From positions 1-64,000 of the forward strand of contig JAUCBJ010000701.1 in the NCBI GenBank assembly GCA_032718475.1: DNA of 64,000 bases, read 5' to 3'. Source of the stretch: Nemertoderma westbladi. Its lineage: Eukaryota > Animalia > Xenacoelomorpha. A program made the position numbers and the translations under genes. The notes under the pieces are model-generated. The model ran no database searches, was not told the origin of the DNA, and saw only the letters and a list, made by a program, of their open reading frames with translations. Shown piece by piece: positions 1 through 12,373 of this stretch (position 1 is its first letter; every line of letters starts with the position of its first letter).

Positions 1-285
1 CTTATTGTAGATCCAGACCTCCCACGTAAACGGTGGCAGACAGGTCGTATCATCGAAACACACATCTCAGATGATGGTTTAGTACGCTCGGTAGAACTCA
101 TCGTCATGCGGCGTAACTTCAAGAAGCCAGGCATCATCTTTGAGACGCAACAACTCAATCGCCCAGTTGGTCGTTTATGTTTACTGGAAAGAGACAGAGA
201 ACTCTCCGGGAACTATGGAAGGCAAGACACTCTTCCCACGACCACCTCCCTAATTCCTCAAACATCTAGGGACTCCCCCACGTAA
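1..285 (+). pseudogene. C-terminal end of BEL/Pao LTR-retrotransposon pol (post-integrase DUF5641-type tail), 5' part outside window
   Basis: Frame 1 reads LIVDPDLPRKRWQTGRIIETHISDDGLVRSVEL...NRPVGRLCLLE, the W..GRI...DG.VR.V...RP..L motif of BEL pol C-termini; TAA at 283-285; PPT-like GGAGTGGG then TGT at 301. Confidence 0.85.
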
Positions 286-300
286 TACGTCTGGAGTGGG

Positions 301-757
301 TGTATGACTATATTGTTTTATCTATTTTGTTATATTTTTATATGCGAACTTTATTATGTACTTTATTATAATCGTTTTTATTCAATTTTATTTAGTAGAA
401 TGTTATTTTTAGTATTATTTAGTAGATTAGTGCAATATATTAGTGTTTATTACGTACGTAATTACTTATAATATATATTTAGTACGACGGCGAGAAATAA
501 TTTTTCTCTTTCCTTACTGTCCGTATCATATTATAAATACGTGACTACAGTAAGATGAAATGTCCGTACTTATTAAAGTACAATAAAGCCACTACTATAT
601 TCAAGTATTATCGGTAGGCAGAGTATTAGGAATGCAAAGTTCAGATCCTCGTGTCTCGGCTAAGCCAAGCTCTGGGTAGACCTTGGAGACGACTTGCCTC
701 TTCACACTGACATTGCTTCATGCGATATTGCTCTTCTACCTTATATTAAATAATACA
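301..757 (+). mobile_element. Probable 3' LTR of the BEL element at the window start
   Basis: Begins TGTATGA directly after a PPT-like tract, candidate end TAATACA (6/7 inverted match), internal AATAAA; no second copy in window to confirm the end. Confidence 0.45.
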
Positions 758-1907
758 TATAGTAGCGTGATGTCCCTCTAACAGTAGCGTAAAACGCAAA
801 TAAATCTGTTAAACCTTTTGACCATCTGTAATTCTAGTCGATTAAGATATCGCGGCACCCACCGATATACTTGAAAGACAAATTCTAGAATCAATGGTTA
901 AAGTCCCCAGACAAGTTCTGGAATAAATCGGTGCCCATCTTAAATATTAATTTAATATTTATTAAAATCTGTAAAATTCAGATCCGTTAACAATTCTAGT
1001 CGATTAAGATATCATAGCACTTCCCGATACTCTTAAAAGACAAATTTCATATAATTAAGGATCCTATGTCCCCAGACCTGCTCTGGAATCAAATTGTGTC
1101 AATTTTAACATCAAATAATAAAATTCACGGGAATAAATTTAAATTCATATTTTTAAATGAATTTCATAAATTGTCATTTTGTACAATTTATAACATTCCC
1201 AAAATTCCATTAATTAATAGATCATGGGAGCGGAGATTCATCCTATTGAGTGTATTAGAGTGCGAGAATCTCCAACATATAGTCAATTGCCGATAAAATT
1301 AATAAAATCATGCATAAAGAGGATATTGACAATTAAAGAATTATTATTAAATAGCATCCCAGATCTGTATGCATGAGAATTACCCTAATTCTACCGCTAG
1401 CATTCCATAATGTCACCATAGCAACACCCACGCTAGAATTAGAAGCAAGTTAAAAGAACAATAGAAAGCTTGTCCTATTGCATAGCATAGAGAACATAGC
1501 ACACTGTTAGTATCCAAGGATACACAGTAATAACGTGACATTCTGGAAGGCACTGACTAACGGACAAATGGCCTGTGTGTGTGCAGTTGTTGACAGTTGT
1601 GTGGAATTTGTGCGTTTATAGGTGAATGTTACTGCTAAAGTGTGTTTACAGTAGCTAGTCGCAATTGTAAAAATAGCCCAACTCTCCTATAGAAAGAACC
1701 TAAGTGGATCCAAGCCTTTGGGACGGACAGTGGAGTGACTTGTGCCGGTTATCGTTGTCGTGCTGTTGCTACATGTTGGCGTAAACACTGCGACGACGGT
1801 ACATCGGCGCTGAGAATCCCACTGTCCGGGGGCAAAGAAAGATAGGCAGCGACGCCCGCTCGCCTAAATATAAACTTATTTGATATTAATAAACTCAGAT
1901 AGCAGAT

Positions 1908-2285
1908 ATGACGGAGTTGATCGAAGATGATCTTGGCATTAGGGAGCGATATACCCTACCTTTACAAGCATTTGTGGATAGCTTGATACGCGGTGAAGCC
2001 GATTCAACCATTACGGAGGACGATGGTCGTTATATCGAACCGCCGATGTCCCAAGAGCAACTTGCGCGTGAATTGGACTATCGAAAATTCACCACTCGCT
2101 ATACGAATCGCAATGGTACGTATATGGACTTCTTAACTACCGGCCATCCTATCGATTTACATGATACGGACGATGTGGATACAGAGAGAGAAATGGTTCT
2201 ATTTAAATATCATACCCAGCGGAGTCGGCATGATGAACCGAGAATGGAACACGAGAATTCTATTCGAAAACAACTCGAAAGATAA
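1908..2285 (+). CDS. Hypothetical ORF in LTR-element internal region, possibly the 5' remnant of a longer degraded ORF
   Basis: 125-aa ATG ORF with protein-like composition; no recognisable motif. Confidence 0.3.
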   Translation: MTELIEDDLGIRERYTLPLQAFVDSLIRGEADSTITEDDGRYIEPPMSQEQLARELDYRKFTTRYTNRNGTYMDFLTTGHPIDLHDTDDVDTEREMVLFKYHTQRSRHDEPRMEHENSIRKQLER

Positions 2286-3091
2286 AACGTGGAAGAAAGC
2301 TTGTAAAAACAAATAGAGGAAAACACCACTGGAGAAGAGACATGGGTTAAGGTCCAGGGTCCATGATGTGAATAGTTTTTCCCCGGAGCACGGGTGCTCG
2401 CGGGCGGTCTCCTTCGGGAGGCTGTAATTTTCTCTTCCTTCATCGTTTTCCTGTAATTATTGTGATCAATGTCACAATTAAAGGGCAAGAATGAATGATG
2501 ATGTGACGGAAACATGTCCATTGTGGTATCTTATGGATACTCCCATATATCCTCCCTCCTCTTTACTCCCTTTATCCCTCTATACATCGCTGTTGAAAAT
2601 ATAACACTTTGTCACACCTCTTCCCAACGCTCTCGGATCTTTGGGAAACGATCGACCAATCATACTGGTATTGTGGTATCGATCATACCTCCTCTTACTA
2701 AACCTCCCACACTTTACTGTTTATTTGTATGCGAATATTGGTGTCCGCACCTCCTATCCATGTACCATTCTGTTGATATTTATGATATCAACTTCCACCA
2801 TTGTTGTTGATTTGATTAGAAAATCAACCACTTCCTAATTTCCTCAAGTCCACGACCGTGATTCAAGGACTGAAAGGATACGTAGACAGTCTATGAACAA
2901 CTGGTACCATTATGTGTCATAAATCTGGTTGTTCACCTCCCTCACACTAGGGATAAATTCATTTGGAGATGGTCTTCGAACGTTTGTATCCTCCTACTGA
3001 GATCGTATTTCTGAATATTTCAGCATGCGAAATAGTTTTTCCTCTGCTCTACCATCGCTGTCGGAGAACATATTAGGCATACAACGGGAAT

Positions 3092-4867
3092 ATGGAGAAC
3101 ATTCCGTACCCTTTCGTTGATACTCAGCTGATTGCTCCCTGGGCAGAAGGCCGAGGTTTCTTCCGCACCATGTATGCTAATACGTCTAGCAACATTACCA
3201 AGGTGCAACGAACTTCCATCGGACATCTTGCCTTTCAGGAATACGGATGGAATTTCAAAGTCGGAAATCCCATTAACTATCAACAGGTATACGGAGACCA
3301 TTATTCTCGATTATACTTTGATGGACCATTGACCGCACCTGGCGCCGTGTATAGCTTCATGAGTGTTCCACTCCGTCCCTCCTTAGCTATATACACGATC
3401 TTTGAAAACACCGCACTTGCCGGTTGGCTAGCCGATGTGTGCAGTCGTACTATACGCGCCCATCCATTAATACTTGGGACCAAACTCGCTAAGCTAGATG
3501 AACATAATAAATTCATCCGTTTCGAATGTTTCCGGCGATTTTTAACGCCGTTTCGCAACGTGGATAGCCAATTTAAAGACCGCGCTTTGACCAAACTCAG
3601 CCTAAGAAACTCAGCTGCAGAGAAGTTGGATAGCGCTGGATTCGCCATTTTCCAAGAGATTTGTATATCGAACTTGCACTCCTCAGTTATACAAAGACCT
3701 CGAATCCCCACAGGTTATTCTGTCGTGGAAATTCAGACGATAGGTCCACCTGAAGAGACAGACACGCCCACTTCAGCTATGCACTTGGAAGACGAACCAA
3801 TATGTCTAGAATCTGAAGAGATTCAGTCTATCGCGCCCCGGACCAGCGACAACGATTACATCATAGAATGGTATCAAGGCCCACAGTGTCTCACTGCGTA
3901 CGATTATCGTCATGCCAACTATGTTTCTAGGCAACGTTGTCGGTTATGCGCATCGAGAGACCACGATACGCCCATGGACACCAACGTCCGCTGTTCCTAT
4001 TTCCAAGAACAACCGACTATGGAAATTTATTGCGCGTATTGCAGACTCAATAACCTGCATATCTTTGCAGTTTTCCCTCAATTTATGACTCAATGTCACC
4101 ATTGTCAACTAAAGGGACATGCTAGTTTCGACTGCCCTTTTAATCACGATTTGGAAAGCGTAGATGAAATGATCACACTGCGTTACATCAGAGCTTGGGA
4201 AGCGAACGCTGATTTACATTGTGATTCGCGCCATCGCTATTATCCCGGACGCGCTTACGAAGGAGTTTATGCTTTCCATCCTTATCTATTCGCTTCTGTT
4301 GAACAGAAATCACGCATATCAAGTTACGAGCTACTGAAGCGCGTCGGAGAATGTATTTCAACTAAATTCGTACGCAAATTTCTCAGGAGTGTTAATCCTA
4401 GCGACCTTCATTCCTATAACTTAATCAATTATATCCGTCAGGATCCAGACTATGGAGACTTGTTTGTTAACTCACACCCTGAGTTACAGGAAGTATATCG
4501 ACGGCCTTACGAATACCGAGCCCGCGAACGCAAGTTGGAAAGGACCATTAAACCCCGGAAGTTTCTAACTGCCTATGGTCCACCCACGGCCCCCGTTCAG
4601 AACACTCGGAAAGGACCCGTAAGAGCGGCTGTCTTGAAACGAGCTCTCAAAGCCGTTAGACCCCTCTCACCTGACGTTGATGTCAATCAACCCGGTACTT
4701 CGACTGGCGGATACACCGACCATAATCCTACACCCTCTGATGCAATCATATTGCACCCTTCACCCAGGAGTTATAGCCCTCCTTGTAAAGTGGCTTGCCC
4801 CAAAGAGAAAAGGACTCTTGCTAGCTTTAAAAAACTGCGTAAACGCCGTCCGCGCAAGAAAGACTAA
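3092..4867 (+). CDS. 591-aa hypothetical protein with CCHC-type zinc knuckles and a basic NLS-like C-terminus, just upstream of a PPT and 3' LTR
   Basis: Long intact ORF; CRLCASRDH..C, CAYCRLNNLH and canonical CHHCQLKGHASFDC (CX2CX4HX4C); C-terminal KKLRKRRPRKK. Confidence 0.7.
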   Translation: MENIPYPFVDTQLIAPWAEGRGFFRTMYANTSSNITKVQRTSIGHLAFQEYGWNFKVGNPINYQQVYGDHYSRLYFDGPLTAPGAVYSFMSVPLRPSLAIYTIFENTALAGWLADVCSRTIRAHPLILGTKLAKLDEHNKFIRFECFRRFLTPFRNVDSQFKDRALTKLSLRNSAAEKLDSAGFAIFQEICISNLHSSVIQRPRIPTGYSVVEIQTIGPPEETDTPTSAMHLEDEPICLESEEIQSIAPRTSDNDYIIEWYQGPQCLTAYDYRHANYVSRQRCRLCASRDHDTPMDTNVRCSYFQEQPTMEIYCAYCRLNNLHIFAVFPQFMTQCHHCQLKGHASFDCPFNHDLESVDEMITLRYIRAWEANADLHCDSRHRYYPGRAYEGVYAFHPYLFASVEQKSRISSYELLKRVGECISTKFVRKFLRSVNPSDLHSYNLINYIRQDPDYGDLFVNSHPELQEVYRRPYEYRARERKLERTIKPRKFLTAYGPPTAPVQNTRKGPVRAAVLKRALKAVRPLSPDVDVNQPGTSTGGYTDHNPTPSDAIILHPSPRSYSPPCKVACPKEKRTLASFKKLRKRRPRKKD

Positions 4868-4945
4868 CTGTTTAGAGTATTTACGTATATTAGAAACTGT
4901 GATTTTGTATATTTTATAGACTTAAATCCCATTTTCTGGGAGCGG

Positions 4946-6235
4946 TGTAAAAGCTTCTGTGGGATATAACTGGCCCCTTTGCTTCGCAATCCAGTTTCCC
5001 CCCAGGCGCTGGAATACTCTAAAAGGGTTCTCTAACTGTATACATATTCCCCTCGCCCTCAAGGTACCGTTACAGGTGTTTTAACGGACATAAAAGTCAT
5101 TCTGCTATATACGTGTTTTAGCGGACATGGTAAGACAAAAAACCTGCAATGCGACAAATACCTTTCATAGCTTAGCCGTGATGATTCATATTACGACATC
5201 TAACAGCTGGTTGCTGACATGGAAACAGCCATTGGATGCATGGTTCTTTGTTTGGCTTGAGCCAATCAGAGCGATTTTTCCTGTCGACGTGTAGCTTTTC
5301 GGTCGATCATAAGGAGTGTGTTCAGTCTTACTGTTTTTTCTTGATACTTTGTTGTTATTGCTGTCTAGGCCAGGAACAACGGCTCTAGAATCAATTCGTT
5401 TCATACTTTTAGAAGAAACATTAGTAGGCTAAAATTATAGAGCGTATGACTGTTATCAGTTCAGTCAGTTCAGTCAGTGCAATCAGTTCTTAACAACTCA
5501 TATCACATATCGGTCCATATCAGTTTATATCATATCTTAACTTACCGTCTTAATGCTGTTTACTGTTGTGTTTTGGTTGAATATCATTTGGAGAACATAT
5601 ATAAAGAACCCAAATTTCCCAATTTTCTTGATACACTACAGGTTAGAGAGACGGGTTATATATAGCGATTGCGACTTATATTGTTGTGATTTGTAGTGAA
5701 TTTAATGCTATTTGATAAGCACTACAGTGGTCCGTTGCTATTCCCTTTATATATGATAAAATTCATTGACGGTCGGCAAATTAGTGAGCAGTATTGTGTG
5801 TTACCGGTAGTGTGCCTGATTGTGACTGATAACTAAGCATTTCCTAAAGAATGCGCCTCATACGTGAATCTTAAGCCTTACCGACTTACCGTTGTGATTA
5901 GTGTAAGTCATATCTCTGTTTACTTAGATAGAGCGCCACGTCCTAAAGGAACTGTTAATATTTCCCGAAAGTGAATAATATTAGTCAGAAATTAATTATT
6001 AACGATCAATCGAATAATACAATACAGTAAGCTTCACTGCAATAATAATTTAAGCCCTCAGAATCCAGTCTCCCGGGAATATCCAGCGGGTGAATGGACG
6101 CGCACTAGGCTGGCTTCTGCCAATGTTGTGTTTATTGGTATTAAATATTTGTCTTCTTCTAAAGTATATTTATAAACCAAAAGACATATAAATTTTGGCA
6201 GGTTAAACTGCTAAAGGTCTCCAAAAGCGCGTACA
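4946..6235 (+). mobile_element. 3' LTR (~1.29 kb) of a BEL-like LTR retrotransposon
   Basis: TGTAAAAGC...GCGCGTACA termini; preceded by PPT-like CTGGGAGCGG; homologous inverted solo copy at 57332-58542 has a 5-bp TSD that defines both ends. Confidence 0.85.
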
Positions 6236-7825
6236 GGTTGCTAGGCAACAATATAAATATTAACAAAGCAAAGTCACTGGTGAACGCCACAATATATATC
6301 CGGAGGTACATAACTTTAATTATTACAATTATCATAGTTTGCGTTGGCTCACCGGGAGTGATTTCATTGAATTTTATTTTTCCTTTAATCTTTTCCATTG
6401 CAGAAATACAGTACTATTCCCAATGCTTATTTTACTGTCAATACATTTATTAAACACTTATTACATTGCACAGTGTCGTAAGGCCAATGCCGTATTTTAT
6501 AAAAAAAACAGAATTAACGAAACATTTTGCGGCTACTGGATATATATTTTTTATTTCATTTATATACTTCATATATATATTGTATGTATTATTAAAATGG
6601 CTACCCAACCCACCAGCTTCTTTATTTTACCACAGCACAACAAATTCAAATAATATCATTCCACCATTATTTTATTCATTAATTTATATAAATAGTTATC
6701 TATTCTAATAATCTGACGCCATACTATAGTATTCCAACAAATAATTCAATCTACATATCTATTCTAGAAATAAATACTATAATACTGGAATACTCAACGA
6801 ATTATATTTTACAAATAATAATATTAATTTAATTTTAATATACAAATACCTATACGCGGCTGACAGTAGTGGACCACGCCGCAGTGTAGATATCTGTATG
6901 CAAAACTTTCAAACAATACAGGGCTTTATTGCGAAAATATTTTCGAACAAAATTTAAACGTGAACTAAATAAGAAGTAGGATGGTAGTAACACCTAGTTC
7001 CAATACTATTTGTTAAGTTTTGGTTGGAGTAAATTTATTACGAGTAGAGATATTTTATAATTTATATGTAGATATATTTCTATGGTATTCATTGTGTTAC
7101 AGGTGCTACTTAGTAGCATTGGCCTTACGACGCTATTCATTTAGCTATCAGTAAATATCTCAATATTAACTGCCTCATTTGTATTTTATACATTTGAATT
7201 TTATATGAATAAAGATAAACTAACTGCAATATTAATTAAACTAATTAATATAATTAAACTAATTGAAGTATTCTTTGGAGACAAAATATTATTAAACCTT
7301 TTAAGAATTCCTCAGGTCAGCATGATTGGTCTGCCTTGAAGAGCCCTAGTGTTAATTAAGGTAGAGTTCACTATAACGGTCTCAAAGATCTCTAAAGTCT
7401 CTAAAGATGCAGTCAAGGTTACTCATTCAATTTCATTATCATTCAAATTATTCATTCAAGATAATGTACCATACAATTATCATACCCGAATAAATACGGA
7501 CTACTGAGGTATTTATGTCCCTAATCCTTCTACTACTGATATTGTCAATAATATCGTGGAATTAGCCTGATTTCAATTGAGCTAAGCTATTCAACATGTT
7601 AATATTCGACCATCTAAGTAATCTGTTTGAAAAGTTCCTCCTATGTGGCAACCGAAATCAGTTCCAGAAATGTAGAAGTAGGTTGGAGTTCGTTTTAGCT
7701 CTTGAGAATAATATCTATGGTATAACTGTTGGAGAGTAGATCTAGTAGTTTAGAGTTATTTTATTATAATTAAACATTACGATTACCAAAACTTATATAA
7801 CAGTATTAATTAATAGTTGTCTTAC

Positions 7826-7942
7826 CTTCACATGAATATCCATCACCAGTATATCCAAGTTTGCATGTACAAGTATAGTTGTCTTGAGTATTTGTACATA
7901 TCGCGTTGTGGTGGCAGCTGTGACCATTTGTTTCACATTCGT
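7826..7942 (-). CDS. Host exon encoding a calcium-binding EGF-like domain
   Basis: TTTTGCAG acceptor and GTAAG donor; 117 nt, phase 1-1; DECETNGHSCHHNAICTNTQDNYTCTCKLGYTGDGYSCE. Confidence 0.9.
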
Positions 7943-8044
7943 CTGCAAAATATTTAAATTATTATAGGATCCCAACAAATTTGTGGGATGATAATTTTTG
8001 AAACCTGTTTCCAAGGGTAATTTCATCAAAAATCCCTGTAAGTC

Positions 8045-8915
8045 TTACTACTACTACTAGGTCGAGTAAACTCGGACAGTGGAAATGGAATCCTTCCAGG
8101 CTTCCCGATTCTCCATAGTTGTCGCAATTTCGTTTCTTCCAAGTTCAGTATCCCTTTCAAGTTGATCTATATATGTTATGGCCGGTCGTCCACGACTACG
8201 CTTTCCATGAGTTGGTTGCCAGAGAAGTAGATCTGGCATGACTTCGTCTTTACGCCCACTGAATCTTAATCTGCGTTCACGGAGGGCAGTTGATACAGGT
8301 GGTCTTGTACCATAGAGCTCTGCATTTGGCATGTGTTGTCTCTTGCTTTTATGTTTAGGGCTGCCCTTAGTAGTGTTGTCCTTCAATTCAGTGTTCAAGT
8401 AATTTCGTCAGTGTCCATGTCTCACCCTTGTATAAAAGTACACTTTCCACTGCGGCTCGAAATAATTTAATCTTCAGGTGCCTGGAGATATCTGATTTCC
8501 AGATGGTATCCATTTGATAGAGCTTCCCATGCCTTTGGTTTCTTAACTTCTATGTTCTCTATGTTACTTCTTTTTTGCTACTCTCTATTCATGCCCAAGG
8601 ACTGGAAGTCGTCAACCTTCCTTAGTTGATTATTATCAATTGTTGTCAAGTTTCATTAGCATTAAAAGTCATCAATTCGATCTTGGTAGCATTTATATTC
8701 AATCCAACCTCATTAGCGGCCTTCTCTACTTTATTCAGTTAATGATCTGCATCTGCTAGTGTATTAGAGATCAGGGCAATGTCATCTACAAAGTTAGTGT
8801 CTGTGACTGTAGTTGCCGGATGTCTACTACTTCTGCGTTCTTGTAGTGTGAATCCCAGATCTTCACCCTTTGTGGCCATCCTCATTGCATAATCCAGTAC
8901 AATTACAAATAGTAG
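8045..8915 (-). mobile_element. 5'-truncated, degraded RTE-clade LINE
   Basis: LFVIVLDYAMR...FVDDIAL RT motifs and RRLRF...LLLWQP.HG.R.RGRP..TY C-terminus; (TAG)n tail. Confidence 0.85.
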
Positions 8916-9214
8916 TAGCACCAACTAGGGTAATAATTTAGGCTTGTTAACCAAACAATAATACTTATACATACATACGCAATATATAAAAAAATCAGTT
9001 TTAAACATTTTAAATACTTCCTATTACTAGCTAGTAAATTATTAACATAATAATTCCATAAAAATACCATTGCTACCATAACTAATAATGTTAACAAAAA
9101 AAAAGTAAATTTTTTTTATTTTCAAAACATACTAGCTAGTAAAAAAACACTAGCTACCATTTAATATCTATTAAGGTTCTAGAACATTCACCATTATATA
9201 TTACCAATTAAATT

Positions 9215-11471
9215 TTGTCCCAGACAATTCGGTCCTGGAAAATTCGGTCCCGGACAATTCGGTCACATTATTATGTATGTTTTGGGACCAGGGGCGGCGC
9301 TAGACAAAACAAGTGGGGGGGGGGGGGGGGGGAAGTCAATTTGCACCGACTGAAAATTAAATTTGCACCGACTGAAAATTAAATTGGCACCGACTGAAAA
9401 TTAAATTTGCACCGACTTAAATTGAAACGGTTAAACTATGCGTGTAGTAGTAATAATTTATATTAATTAATAAAAAATAATTATTGAATTGGCATTTTAT
9501 TTACTTCGCTTTCGCTCGGTAAATTAAATGCCTCGAGCATAGTGAAAAATAAGTTCTATTTTTTTTCCCATGTAATAGGTGATTTTATTCTTAAATTGGT
9601 ACTTTTTTGCTGCTCAATTCTTTAATAGAAGAAAGAGCGATATAATGTTACAAAATAAATTGAAGTGCAAAAAAAACTGAATAGTTACTGCAATTCAATT
9701 TACTACACTCTTCAACTCCTGATGCTGCCTTCTCAATGTTAAATAATTTAGTGTTCTTTAATAAGTATTACGTAGCTAAAGAGCCGCTTAACAACATACT
9801 GTACACCAATATTAGATACTGAATTCCGTTTTGGAGTACGCCGTGCAGACACTAAAGTTGCAATAACTTTTGAGACCGTGTCTGGATTTTGCTCCAATTA
9901 CGTGTAAACCTTTTCTACGTTGATGCTCTTTTACCACATGTAATGTGGTGAAATGTGGAGAAAAACCACATACTGTATTTATAAGAAATTCCACCAAAAA
10001 TAGTTTAATTTAAGCGGAAAAAAGTAAAATTAATGCAATCTTGCGGGTTACTATTCTCCTTAGGGAAAAAAGTAAAATCAATGCAATCTTGCGGGTTACT
10101 ATTTTCCTTAGGTAAAAAAGTGAAACTTTTTTCTCCCTATTTTGGGGTACATTCGAGCGAAAAAGTAACAATTCACGAATAAATGTTTATATTTTTATGC
10201 GGTGATAATTATAATAGTAGGCCTAATTAATAATTAAATATAATCATAATAGTAATTGACAATATGCAATCATAATATCGGCTCGAAAAATTTCACGCAG
10301 CAACCCTATTATCACAACTAAATATTAATGTTTAAAACGAGGTAGTAGGCTACTAACAGTAATTTATAAAAGTTGACAAAAAAATTCAATTCAACAAATT
10401 ATCGTTTTAATTATTTGAATTGAATCTTACGTTTTTTTAAATCCTATTTTAATCCAGTTCTTAATTACTGTACTCAATTCGATAGTTTCAACAATATCCG
10501 TTTCACATGCTATCGGTAACAATGACTCTAAATTCTTTCATACCTGACAGTCTTTCCATCGTGAAATGTGTTATTGTTTTCTATCCTGTAACCATTGTTA
10601 ATATAGCTCCACACCTACTGTATCTGTTTTGCATTTTACTTTGTAGCGTTGACCGCGATGAGATATCGCACTGCTGCCCGTGGATTTTCGTCTCTTTTTC
10701 ATTTAGTTGGGAATTAGGGGGGTGTCCCACCCCCACATCCCCCCCATGAAACTGCCCCTGTTTGGGACCGAATTGTCCTAGTCAGTATCTGGACAATTCG
10801 GTCCCGGACAATACGGTCCCAAAACACAAAATTAATGGGACCGAATTGTCCGAGACCGAATTGCCCGGGACCGAATTGTCTGGACCGAATTGTCCAGGAC
10901 CGAATTGTCCGGGACCGAATTGTCCAGGACCGAATTGTCCGGGACCGAATTGTCCGGGACCCAATTGTCTGGGACAGAATTGTCCGGGAGTAAATTGTCC
11001 AGGACCGAATTGTCGGGACGGAATTGTCCAAGCAAGACCGAATTGTCCCGGACCGACATGTCCAGGACTGAATTGTCCGGGACCGAATTGTCCGGGACTG
11101 TAATGTCCGGGACCGAATTGACCGGACCAAACTGTCCGGGACCGAATTGTCCGGGACCGAATTGTCCTGGACCGAATTGTCCAGGACTGAATTGTCCGGG
11201 ACCGAATTGTCCGGGACTGTAATGTCCGGGACCGAATTGACCGGACCAAACTGTCCGGGACCGAATTGTCCGGGACCGAATTGTCCGGGACCGAATTGTC
11301 CGGGACCGAATTGTCCAGGACCGAATTTACCAGGACCGAATTGTCCAGACAGAATTGTCCGGGACCGAATTGTCCGGGACCGAATTGTCCGGGACCGAAT
11401 TGTCCGGGACCGAATTGTCCGGGACCGAATTTACCAGGACCGAATTGTCCAGACCGAATTGTCCTGCTTCC
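9215..11471. repeat. Foldback/MITE with inverted arrays of the 15-bp unit GGGACCGAATTGTCC, interrupted by a hAT MITE
   Basis: Tandem array of the 15-mer at ~10840-11465; inverted copies at 9215-9265 and 10790-10820. Confidence 0.75.
9289..10760. mobile_element. Non-autonomous hAT-type element
   Basis: TIR CAGGGGC...GCCCCTG; perfect 8-bp TSD TTTGGGAC at 9281-9288 and 10761-10768; internal 21-bp tandem repeats. Confidence 0.85.
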
Positions 11472-11739
11472 ATGTTTTATAGCCCTTATTTATTTGTTCT
11501 ACATATTATACAATATTTATTAAATTATCCACAAGTCTTATCTAAAAAATTATGCAAACTAGATAGAGAATCTAGTTATAATTAACATAAAAATGGATAT
11601 CAGTTATTAATAAATAAAAATAAATTGTGTTGTTATTGTACATAAATAGATATCTAGTTTTTATTAATATAAAAATAGATTTTGTTATTATCGTACATAT
11701 ATATACAACTCACACAGCAGTTGCATATGTTTAACATAC

Positions 11740-11937
11740 CAATACACTGCCAAGCACATATTCCCCAATTTCCAGAGCCAAGAACGAAACTTCCATCATT
11801 GTCAACTTCTGTGGCACACCAAGGGTGATCATTGGGTTCAACAGGACAAGTATTTGTGTATTCAGTGCCATTATATTTGAATGGAAAAACACAATCCCGA
11901 TATGGTCGTGGCCCTGCTACTGTTGAGCATTTCTGAA
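11740..11937 (-). CDS. Host exon encoding a fibronectin type II (FN2) domain
   Basis: TTGCAG acceptor and GTATGT donor; 198 nt, phase 1-1; CVFPFKYNGTEYTNTC...PWCATEVD...NWGIC. Confidence 0.9.
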
Positions 11938-12373
11938 CTGCAATATAATTTATTTAAATTTCATTTATTTAGATCTAAAATTTGTCAATATCTGAAAATT
12001 AGTGAAGGGCATTTGGGCTGGCCTTTGCAGAAACCATGATATACCGTTTATAATAATCATGATACCTCAATGTTCAATTTTGCTTGCGGCTAAGGTCTTG
12101 TCTAGTTCTGTTGGATCAGTCAATGGTTATGATTTCAAGTATTGCACAGTTACATCAAACCACAAATTATTCCCGATCTGCAGTTTAATGACTGGACTAA
12201 GATCACCACTGATAATTGTAGGCCATATTTTCTAGGTAGACATATAGGCAGGACAGTCTTTGTAGAATTTCATATTTTTGCGATATCTATCTAGGACTTT
12301 GTCTAAATTATGATTCTAGTTTCATCATTAATATAATTGCAAGAGATGAAGATACATTAGGTAAGTAGGAAGA

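Noticed and set aside
2286-3091. Alternative genetic code or stop readthrough explaining the interrupted frames
   Set aside because: All three stop codons occur, and neighbouring ORFs terminate normally; ordinary decay is sufficient
7605-7742. Possible next exon of the EGF gene (minus strand, ...FYISGTDFGCHIGG...)
   Set aside because: The open frame is not phase-compatible with the EGF exon at the nearest AG, and the donor is weak
10714-11585. Many overlapping ORFs (GPNCP / TELSG / SRTIR repeats)
   Set aside because: Artefacts of a stop-free 15-bp tandem repeat; not CRISPR either, as there are no unique spacers
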